Positions 18,847-26,494 of a stretch of 32,000 nucleotides of DNA are shown piece after piece. The notes under the pieces were generated by a model, which saw only the letters and a list, made by a program, of their open reading frames with translations, had not been told where the DNA came from and searched no databases. The stretch comes from Schaalia meyeri (GTDB lineage Bacteria; Actinomycetota; Actinomycetes; Actinomycetales; Actinomycetaceae). Each line of letters begins with the position of its first letter. Position 1 is the first letter of the stretch. Both the position numbers and the translations under genes were made by a program. The stretch spans positions 30,001 to 62,000 of the forward strand of contig NZ_FNLK01000012.1 in the NCBI RefSeq assembly GCF_900105015.1, given 5' to 3'.

Positions 18847-20129
18847 TTCACGTAGGGGATGTTCTCGGCGGCGGGCGCCCGCGACTTACCGACGAAACCG
18901 GCGACGGCGACGATCGTCACCACGTAGGGAATCATCGACACCAGGTTGGAGGGGATCGCACTGGTCAAGTTGGGCAGCATGTGAGCCAGTGCCTGAGCGA
19001 AACCGAACATGACGGCCGCGCTCATGGCACCCAGCGGATTCCACTTGCCCAGGATCATCGCCGCCAAGGCGATGTAGCCGTTGCCCGCGGAGATGTTGTC
19101 CGTAAACGCCAGGCCCGATCCGATCGTGAAGAATGCGCCGCCCAGGCCTGCGAAGGAGGAGCCCAGAATCGTGTTGGTCGTGCGCGTCGCACCCACGTTA
19201 ATGCCAACGGTGTCGGCGGCACGGGGGTGCTCGCCGCAGGCCCGCAGGCGCAGACCCCAGCGGGAACGGAACAGGAAGAACGCCAACGCGATGACGGCCG
19301 CGTACATGAGGTACACGAGTATCGACTGGTTGAACAAGGCGGGACCGACGATGGGGATCTCCGACAGGAACGGGATCTTAATGTTCGACAGCGAGTACTG
19401 GTTCGTGTTCAGGTTCACCGTCGTCTTCTTCATGACCGTCCCGGCGAAGAACGTCGTCAGGCCCAGGGCCAACACGTTCAAGACGACGCCGACGATGATC
19501 TGATCCACCCCGTATTTCACGGAGAAGAGCGCCAGCAACACACCGAGTGCGGCTCCCGCGAGGGGGGCGGCGAGCAGGCCGGCGTAGGGGTTTTGGAAGT
19601 ACGAGGCCGCCATGACGCCCGCGAACGCGCCGACCAGCAGGTCGCCCTCGATCGCGATGTTAACCACGCCGACTCGCTCCGAAATCACGCCGGACAGCGC
19701 GCCGAAGATCAGGGGCGTCGACAGGGCAACGGTCGACACCAGAGTCGACGTGAGCGTCACGCTGCCGGTGGCGGAACCCGCCCCCGCGTACACGAGGAAC
19801 CCGAACACCGTCGACACGCCGACGAGGACCATCGCGGCGATACGCGCCCACGAGGGAGCGGCCATCCTGCGCGCCGTCACCACGAGCGTCCACGCGGTGA
19901 TCGCGATCGCGATGAGCGCGAGAACCCACACAACGGGGGCTCCCGCCACCACGAGGTCGGGGATCGCGTATGACTGCGACTTGTCACTGAGCAACACACG
20001 AACATCGCCGCGCGTCGCGACGGCAAGAACCACCAGGAGGACGCAGGCCCCCACGTAGACGCCCGGGAGCTTCCAGGACCGTTTAGCCTCAACCTGCGTT
20101 CCCGCTTCACGTTCACTTGTGCTCATCAC
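18843..20129 (-). CDS. Nucleoside (BMP-family) ABC transporter permease, NupQ/YufQ-like
   Basis: Multi-pass membrane protein of the branched-chain/simple-sugar permease type. It lies in an operon with the duplicated ATPase and the BMP lipoprotein. Confidence 0.85.
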   Translation of the reverse strand: MMSTSEREAGTQVEAKRSWKLPGVYVGACVLLVVLAVATRGDVRVLLSDKSQSYAIPDLVVAGAPVVWVLALIAIAITAWTLVVTARRMAAPSWARIAAMVLVGVSTVFGFLVYAGAGSATGSVTLTSTLVSTVALSTPLIFGALSGVISERVGVVNIAIEGDLLVGAFAGVMAASYFQNPYAGLLAAPLAGAALGVLLALFSVKYGVDQIIVGVVLNVLALGLTTFFAGTVMKKTTVNLNTNQYSLSNIKIPFLSEIPIVGPALFNQSILVYLMYAAVIALAFFLFRSRWGLRLRACGEHPRAADTVGINVGATRTTNTILGSSFAGLGGAFFTIGSGLAFTDNISAGNGYIALAAMILGKWNPLGAMSAAVMFGFAQALAHMLPNLTSAIPSNLVSMIPYVVTIVAVAGFVGKSRAPAAENIPYVK

Positions 20130-21252
20130 TGCTCCCCTTTCGAAGTTCTTCTACACGCCTGGCATCGGGCAGCCGGAACAGCCACCGCACCAGCGCCGGC
20201 GCGGCGATCAAGAGCACGATCACCGACTGCAGAATCAAGATCATGTCGATGGGCACACCCTTGGTTTGCATCAAGTAGCCGCCCGCCTTAAAGGCGCCAA
20301 ACAGGAGGCCGGCCCCGAACGTGCCCAACGGCTTGTTGCGCCCCAGGAGGGCGACGGTGATCGCGTCGAATCCAATCGACCCCGCGACGTCGCGGGACAC
20401 GTACCCGAGGGTTCCCAGGGCCTCGTTCGCGCCGGCGAGTCCCAGGAACGCACCCGAGATCACCATGGTCACCGCCGTGATTCGCTCCACCGAGATTCCC
20501 GCCGTGCGGGCCGCGGCGGCGTTCGCTCCAACCGCCCGGATCTTGAAACCGAGCGCTGAACGTTCCATCAGCCACCAGAACGCGGCCAGCGCGATGATAG
20601 CGACAACGAAACCGACGTGCAGCTTAAACGGCGACGGAAGCAGCCGCGACAGCTCCGCCGTCTCCGCGACCTTCGGAGTCACCGGCTGGTTTGAACCGGG
20701 TGCCTGCCACGCCTTCTGCCCCAGCACGTAGCCCAGGCCGAGCGTGGCGACCGAGTTGAGCATGATCGTCACGATCACCTCGTTGGCGCCCGTCTTTGCC
20801 TTCAGGACGCCCGCAATCCCGGCGTACAGTGCGCCGGCAATCATGGCGGAGAGCAGCGCCACCAGCACGTGAATCACCGGGGGCAGATGCAACGCGAAGC
20901 CCACCCACACGGCCGCGAGCGCGCCGACGATGATCTGGCCCTTGCCGCCGATATTGAATAGGCCCGCCCTAAAGCCAATCGCCAGGCCGAGGCCGGAGAT
21001 GATCAGGGGAATCGAAAAGAACAGCGAGTTCGTCAGCGGCATTATCCTGCGGACGAACGTCGGCGCTTCGGGGTCCACGATGGCCCCGCGGAACATCGCG
21101 TAATACGCCTCAGTCACCGACGCCCCCGACATCGCGATCAGGATCGCTCCGATCACGAACGCGATCAGGACGGCCAGCACCGACACGAACCACTGCGAGG
21201 CTAGGACGCGGGCGATTGCAACCCGAGCACCAGTCTTTTGCTTACTCATCAC
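20113..21252 (-). CDS. Nucleoside (BMP-family) ABC transporter permease, NupP/YufP-like
   Basis: Multi-pass membrane protein. ATGA overlap with the ATPase gene. Confidence 0.85.
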   Translation of the reverse strand: MMSKQKTGARVAIARVLASQWFVSVLAVLIAFVIGAILIAMSGASVTEAYYAMFRGAIVDPEAPTFVRRIMPLTNSLFFSIPLIISGLGLAIGFRAGLFNIGGKGQIIVGALAAVWVGFALHLPPVIHVLVALLSAMIAGALYAGIAGVLKAKTGANEVIVTIMLNSVATLGLGYVLGQKAWQAPGSNQPVTPKVAETAELSRLLPSPFKLHVGFVVAIIALAAFWWLMERSALGFKIRAVGANAAAARTAGISVERITAVTMVISGAFLGLAGANEALGTLGYVSRDVAGSIGFDAITVALLGRNKPLGTFGAGLLFGAFKAGGYLMQTKGVPIDMILILQSVIVLLIAAPALVRWLFRLPDARRVEELRKGSSDEHK

Positions 21253-22811
21253 TTTTCCTCCCCGTCAACGCGGTCGGTGTGCGCCGAGCCCGGCGACGCG
21301 GCCACTGCCTCGTCAAGCGGTACGCCGGCCATCATGAGGCCCAGGACGTCGCGCCCCGTGTCCGGCGCAACGATGCCGACGAGGCGGCCGCGATACATCA
21401 CGGCGATGCGATCCGCCAGCGCCACGACCTCGTCCAGCTCCGACGAGATGAGCAGGACCGCGCAGCCCTGGTCACGCACGTCCACGATCCTGCGATGAAT
21501 GAACTCGATCGATCCGACGTCAACCCCTCGGGTGGGCTGGTTGGCGACCAGGAGGGTCAAGTCCTTCGATATCTCCCGCGCCACGACGACCTTCTGCTGG
21601 TTACCGCCCGACAGGGAAGACACCGGATCGTTGATCGACGTCAAACGAATGTCGTACTCTTCTTCCTTCTCGCGGGCGTTGCGCGCGATCGCTCCGAGCT
21701 TCAGGGAACCGCCCGCGCAAAAGTCGCGCGACGTGAACTGATCCAGGACCAGGTTATCCGCGATGGAGAACGAGGCGATGATGCCGTCAGTGGACCGATC
21801 CTCGGGGATGAACCCGACGCCCGCGTCCAGGGACTCGCGAGGATTGGCGTGCGTGATATCCGCGTCCTCAAGGCGGATCGAACCGCTGTCGGGGGTGCGC
21901 AGGCCGAGGACCGCCTCGGCGAGCTCGGTCTGACCGTTTCCCTGCACGCCGGCAACCGCCAGGATCTCTCCCCTGCGCACATCGAACGATACGTGGTCGA
22001 GGAGGGGAACGCCCCCGGCTCCGAGCAGGGACACGTCATCAAACACCAGGCCGCTGCCCGTGGGTTTCGCCGGTTCCTTTTTGACGCGCATGAGCACCTC
22101 GCGCCCCACCATCTGCGTGGCCAGCGATGCCTCGGAATCCGTGGGCGACGCGTGGCCCACGACGCGGCCGCGGCGGATCACCGTAATCTCGTCGGCGACC
22201 GCGCGGATCTCGCGCAGCTTGTGCGTGATAAACACGATTGAGGTCCCCGCGTCCGCGAGCTGACGCATGATCGTCATCAGCTCGTCGGTCTCCTGCGGGG
22301 TCAGTACCGCGGTCGGCTCATCCAAAATGAGGACCTTCGCTTCCCGCGACAGCGCCTTGACGATCTCCACGCGCTGCTGAGCGCCCACGGGCAGGTCCTC
22401 GATGAGAGCGTCGGGATCCAGATCGAAGCCGAATCGCGCCGACACCTCTCGAACGGTTTCGCGCGCGCGCTCACGGCTGATAATCCCCGCCGGACCGGTC
22501 GGCTCGAACCCGAGGGCGATCGACTCTGCCACGGTGAACACCGGGATCAACATGAAGTGCTGGTGCACCATGCCAATCCCCGCCGCAACGGCGTCACCCG
22601 GCCCCTTGAAGGTCACCGGCGACCCGTCGATGAGGATCTGTCCCTCGTCAGGGGAGTGCAACCCGTACAGGACGTTCATGAGCGTGGACTTACCCGCGCC
22701 GTTTTCTCCCAGCAGGGCGTGAATCTGCCCTTCCTCGATCGTCAGATCGATCGAGTCGTTTGCAGTGAGGGGACCGAATCTCTTCGTGATCCCCCGCAAC
22801 TCTAATTTCAT
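21249..22811 (-). CDS. Nucleoside/sugar ABC transporter ATP-binding protein (two fused ATPase domains)
   Basis: Walker A GENGAGKST and a second P-loop GVQGNGQTEL. Signature LSGGNQQK. Walker B LILDEPT. 520 aa. Confidence 0.92.
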   Translation of the reverse strand: MKLELRGITKRFGPLTANDSIDLTIEEGQIHALLGENGAGKSTLMNVLYGLHSPDEGQILIDGSPVTFKGPGDAVAAGIGMVHQHFMLIPVFTVAESIALGFEPTGPAGIISRERARETVREVSARFGFDLDPDALIEDLPVGAQQRVEIVKALSREAKVLILDEPTAVLTPQETDELMTIMRQLADAGTSIVFITHKLREIRAVADEITVIRRGRVVGHASPTDSEASLATQMVGREVLMRVKKEPAKPTGSGLVFDDVSLLGAGGVPLLDHVSFDVRRGEILAVAGVQGNGQTELAEAVLGLRTPDSGSIRLEDADITHANPRESLDAGVGFIPEDRSTDGIIASFSIADNLVLDQFTSRDFCAGGSLKLGAIARNAREKEEEYDIRLTSINDPVSSLSGGNQQKVVVAREISKDLTLLVANQPTRGVDVGSIEFIHRRIVDVRDQGCAVLLISSELDEVVALADRIAVMYRGRLVGIVAPDTGRDVLGLMMAGVPLDEAVAASPGSAHTDRVDGEEK

Positions 22812-22862
22812 TCCTTCGTCCTTCCCCCGCAGAGCTCATGCCGCGCATGCACCCGATAGCGC

Positions 22863-22898
22863 GGTGGGGCTGGCCTCCTCGTCGCGGCCAGCCCCACC
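22863..22898 (-). other. Intercistronic stem-loop between the BMP lipoprotein gene and the ATPase gene
   Basis: Perfect 13-bp arms ggtggggctggcc / ggccagccccacc with a 10-nt loop. There is no U tract on either strand. Confidence 0.6.
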
Positions 22899-22906
22899 AT
22901 CGGGCA

Positions 22907-23998
22907 TCACTTCGGAGCGTTCTGCGACTCGATCGTCAGCTTCCCCGACTTAATATCCTCCGTGAGCTTCTTCAGGTCCTCTTTCAGCTCCGAGGGCACC
23001 TTCGCATCGAAATCGTGGAAGGGAGCGAGGGAGACGCCGCCGTTGGCCAGCGTGCCCACGTACGGGGTCGACGTGAACTTGCCGTTCACCGAGTCCTTAA
23101 TGGCCTGCTCGACCGAGGCGCCGATCTCCTTCATGACGGAGGTCAGCACGATCGACGAGTAGTCGGGGTTGGCCTCGTACCAGTCGGAGTCCACGCCGAT
23201 GATCGACGTGTTGCCGTCGGACATCGCGGCGGCCGCGGCGCCCAGGCCCACGGGGCCGGCCACGGGCATGATGATGTCAGCGCCCTGCGAGATGAACTGC
23301 TGGGCCTGCTGCTTGCCCAGCGCCTGGTCGTCGAAGGACTGGGTGAAGGAGCCCGTCTGGCTCGCCTTGTCCCAGCCGAGCACCTGCACGGATGTGCCCT
23401 TCGCCTTGTTGTACGCCTCAACGCCGTCCGCGAAACCGTCCATGAACACCGTCACGGAGGGGATCTGGATGCCGCCGAAGGTGGCGACTTTCCCGCTCTT
23501 CGTCATGCCGGCGGCAGCGTAGCCGGCGAGGTAGGCCGCCTGAGAGGTGTTGAACAGCAGCGGGCGACCATTCTCGAGGGTCACCGTGTTGTTGTTGCCG
23601 TCACTGAAGCTGGAGTCGACCAGGGCGTAGTGCAGATCCTTGTTCTCGTCGGCCGAGGCGTGCATGGCCTTTTCGAGGTTGAAGCCGACGCCGATGATCA
23701 GGTTGCAGTTGTCGGCGACCATGGTCTCGACGTTCGGCTTGAAGTCCGCGTCCGAGCTGGACTCGGCGGTGTTGATCTGGATGCCCATGCTGGACTGGGC
23801 GGCCTTCAGGCCGTTGTATGCGGACTCGTTAAAGGACCTGTCGTCCCAGCCGCCGGCGTCCGAGACCGCGCAGGCTTTGAATGAGGCGGCATCCTTAGCC
23901 TGGCCCGATTGCCCGGCGTTGCCCCCTCCCCCGCCGCAGCCAGCCAAGGCGAGCGTGGCAACTCCTGCCGCAGCAAAGAGTTTCGTGAGGTGCTTCAT
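22907..23998 (-). CDS. BMP-family (PnrA/NupN-like) nucleoside-binding lipoprotein
   Basis: GGAGGAAAA RBS. Signal peptide with a lipobox (TLALAGCGGGG). BMP-type sequence (IGVGFN, AAYLAGYAA, IIGVDSDW). Confidence 0.9.
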   Translation of the reverse strand: MKHLTKLFAAAGVATLALAGCGGGGGNAGQSGQAKDAASFKACAVSDAGGWDDRSFNESAYNGLKAAQSSMGIQINTAESSSDADFKPNVETMVADNCNLIIGVGFNLEKAMHASADENKDLHYALVDSSFSDGNNNTVTLENGRPLLFNTSQAAYLAGYAAAGMTKSGKVATFGGIQIPSVTVFMDGFADGVEAYNKAKGTSVQVLGWDKASQTGSFTQSFDDQALGKQQAQQFISQGADIIMPVAGPVGLGAAAAAMSDGNTSIIGVDSDWYEANPDYSSIVLTSVMKEIGASVEQAIKDSVNGKFTSTPYVGTLANGGVSLAPFHDFDAKVPSELKEDLKKLTEDIKSGKLTIESQNAPK

Positions 23999-24031
23999 GA
24001 GTGTTTTCCTCCGTTGATGTGGATCTTCCTT

Positions 24032-24139
24032 GAGCCGGTGGCGGCGCGGGCCGCAGACGCAATCCGCACACCCGTTGCGCGAACATTTGTCATGATCGAT
24101 TTTTGCGTCTGCTACGAGTGTCCCGCGCCCCACCGGCTC
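24032..24139 (-). other. 108-nt two-tier inverted-repeat structure between the 5'-nucleotidase stop and the nucleoside-transporter operon
   Basis: Outer stem: 24032-24050 pairs with 24122-24139 (18 bp, one bulged C). Inner stem: 24053-24062 pairs with 24103-24112 (10 bp). The terminal loop is 40 nt. I checked the pairing base by base. Confidence 0.7.
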
Positions 24140-24151
24140 TGTCAAGAACTA

Positions 24152-26422
24152 TTAGTTCTCGCTTTGGTAACGATTTGCGCGTCGACGGATGTACAGCGCA
24201 ACGCCACCGATCACAGCGGCACACAGCGCCACAATGAGTCCCTGAGTAAACGCGCCCGTACTCGCCAGGTCTCCGCCTCCCGTACGGGGGCTGGCCGACG
24301 GCGGCTGGTCGCCCGACCCATTGCCGCCGGGATCGGCGGACGGATTGGGCTGCGCACCACCCGCGCAGCTCACGGGAACGGTCAGACCGTCCGACGCCCC
24401 AACGACCGTGGCAAAATCGGTCGCGACCGTCACGGGAGCATTGACGACATCACCGGCCGCCTTCCCCTGGCAGGCACCTGTGACCGTCACGTTCACGGAC
24501 GCCTGACCCGCGCCGTCGGTCGTGATGATGGAGGCGGCATCGGAAGCGTGCGCCTCAACCAGCGAGTTATCGACCGGCGCCACGGCCTCGGAACCACCCG
24601 CACTCACGCGCACCTTCGTGGTGATCGAAGGCCCTTCGGAGAAGGACAGGCCGCGCAGCGGGATCGTCACGTTCGTCCCATCGGCCACCGGCTCGGTGGG
24701 CAGCGTGATACCGATCGAGGACTTCGCCTCGCGCGGAGTCACGGCGCCCGCGTCCAGGGCCCCGCTCTTCTTTCCACCGGAGTGCGTCCCCAGGTAGGAG
24801 TTAAAGGAATCGCGGTCCAGGTTGCCGCTGGTCTTCGCCGGGCCGCCGCGGGTGAGCGCATCGAAGGAGTCGCCGCCCGCGAGCAGGAAGGTCACGGAAC
24901 CCACCGTGTACTGTGCGTCCGCCTGGAGGGGCTTGTCGTTAATGGTCACGGAGGTGATGCGAGACCCGTATGGCTTGGCGGGATCGTAGGTGTAACGCAC
25001 GTTGGAGGACAATCCCAGCTTGAGCAACGGGCGCGAGTTCTGCGAGTTGAGGTCTGTCTTCCACTGCTGTTCGAGCGCGTCCTTGATGTCAGAGCCCTTG
25101 AGCGTCACGTACCCCAGCTCGTTCGAGAAGGGCATGACCTCGTAGGTCTGCGCGTAGGTGATCGTCCCGTCCTCGTTCGGCGTGAGGTCGGCGCGCAAGC
25201 CGCCAGCGTTGATCATGCCGATGTCGACGCTCTTTCCCTCAGTGGTCAGGACCGTGTCGCGCATCGCGTCGGCAACCAGGTCACCCAGGGAGGATTCGAT
25301 GCCGCGGTTCGATCCGGGGTCCGTGGCCCCCTCGGGCGTGGTGAAGACGCCACGCTTGAAGGGAGACGTGTACCCGGTCGCGACGACGCGCTTGCCGGCT
25401 TCCTTCGACGCGGCCTCCGCCTTGTCGACGACCGCCTGGGTCGCGGGGTCCGCTCCGCACTCAGCGACAGTTGAGGCGGGGATCAGGATCGAGTCGGCCG
25501 AGCTGACCTTACGGGTCTTGGGATCGATCGTCAGGCGGATGAGCCCCAGGTTGTCCGTGTAGGAGCCCGACGCGACGCCCGCCAGCAGGGGGTTTGCCGA
25601 GTCGAAGCGCTCGTGCGAGTTAAGGTGGTCAAACTCGTAGGGCACGTGCGTGTCCCCGCCCATGAGGCCGTCGACGTCCTTGCCAACCTTCGTGTAGTTG
25701 TTCTTCACGTCGTCGTCGAGCATCGCGATAACGACGTCCGCCTTCCCGCTCTGCTTGAGTTCAGCCGCCAGGGAGTTGATGCGCTTGATGGGGTCCTTGA
25801 AGGTCAGGCCCTTGGTGATGCCGGGGCTGAGCTTGTAGGGAACGTCCTCGGCGATCGCGCCGATGAACGCGACGTTGATGCCGGACGGGGATTTCCACAG
25901 CTTGTAGTCCCCCAGGTAGGGGATCCCGTCCCCGTAGGTGCCCATGCCCTCGACGTTGGCGCCCAGGTAGGGGAAGTTGGTCTGCACGAACTCAGCCGGG
26001 TTACTTCCGTCGATGCGCTGCTTGAAGACGGCCTGCCCCATGTCCAGCTCGTGGTTGCCGATGGTCGAGGCCAGCGGATTCATCGTGTTGAGCGCCTCGA
26101 TGGTCGGGTTGTCCTTGAGCGCACCAGAAATGTAGGGGGAGGCACCGATGTTGTCGCCCAGCAGGGTGAACGAGGAGTTCGGATTCTCCTGCGTGGCCTT
26201 CTTCAGGTAGCAGTTCATGGCGGGCAGCCCCGCCTCGCGAACCGTTCCCTTCTTGGCGACCTGCTGAATGTGCCCGTGGACGTCCGTCAGGTTGTACAGA
26301 TCCAGGGTGACGGGCGAGGCGTCGGCGCCCTCCTGGGTGTCGGCGAACGCCGCCGCGGGCACGAATGCCAGGGAGATCGCGGCCGCCGAGGCGATCGCTA
26401 GTTGCGTCCATGGTTTGCGCAT
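24152..26422 (-). CDS. Cell-wall-anchored 5'-nucleotidase / metallophosphoesterase (UshA/AdsA-like), LAxTG sorting signal
   Basis: Signal peptide MRKPWTQLAIASAAAISLAFVPAAAFA. Motifs DVHGH, GDNIGASP, GNHELD. The C-terminus has LASTG, a hydrophobic helix and RRRANR. Confidence 0.9.
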   Translation of the reverse strand: MRKPWTQLAIASAAAISLAFVPAAAFADTQEGADASPVTLDLYNLTDVHGHIQQVAKKGTVREAGLPAMNCYLKKATQENPNSSFTLLGDNIGASPYISGALKDNPTIEALNTMNPLASTIGNHELDMGQAVFKQRIDGSNPAEFVQTNFPYLGANVEGMGTYGDGIPYLGDYKLWKSPSGINVAFIGAIAEDVPYKLSPGITKGLTFKDPIKRINSLAAELKQSGKADVVIAMLDDDVKNNYTKVGKDVDGLMGGDTHVPYEFDHLNSHERFDSANPLLAGVASGSYTDNLGLIRLTIDPKTRKVSSADSILIPASTVAECGADPATQAVVDKAEAASKEAGKRVVATGYTSPFKRGVFTTPEGATDPGSNRGIESSLGDLVADAMRDTVLTTEGKSVDIGMINAGGLRADLTPNEDGTITYAQTYEVMPFSNELGYVTLKGSDIKDALEQQWKTDLNSQNSRPLLKLGLSSNVRYTYDPAKPYGSRITSVTINDKPLQADAQYTVGSVTFLLAGGDSFDALTRGGPAKTSGNLDRDSFNSYLGTHSGGKKSGALDAGAVTPREAKSSIGITLPTEPVADGTNVTIPLRGLSFSEGPSITTKVRVSAGGSEAVAPVDNSLVEAHASDAASIITTDGAGQASVNVTVTGACQGKAAGDVVNAPVTVATDFATVVGASDGLTVPVSCAGGAQPNPSADPGGNGSGDQPPSASPRTGGGDLASTGAFTQGLIVALCAAVIGGVALYIRRRANRYQSEN

Positions 26423-26494
26423 GGGTGTGTTCCTTTCTGAGCGGCTCCCGTGCCGCGTCGTGCGTGTTGTACGGGATGAATGGGGTAAATGGGG

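Noticed and set aside
23909-25474. 521-aa plus-strand ORF opposite the 5'-nucleotidase gene. Similar long antisense ORFs occur at 871-1638, 2000-3055, 5075-6145, 13460-14383, 15196-16518, 17403-18494, 18981-19973, 21216-22241, 22838-23884, 25613-26401, 26489-27502, 28865-29722 and 29777-30829.
   Set aside because: All lie opposite genes with clear catalytic or transport motifs. All have Arg/Gly/His/Asp-rich low-complexity translations and lack RBS or start context. These are stop-codon-poor antisense frames, as expected at about 70% GC.
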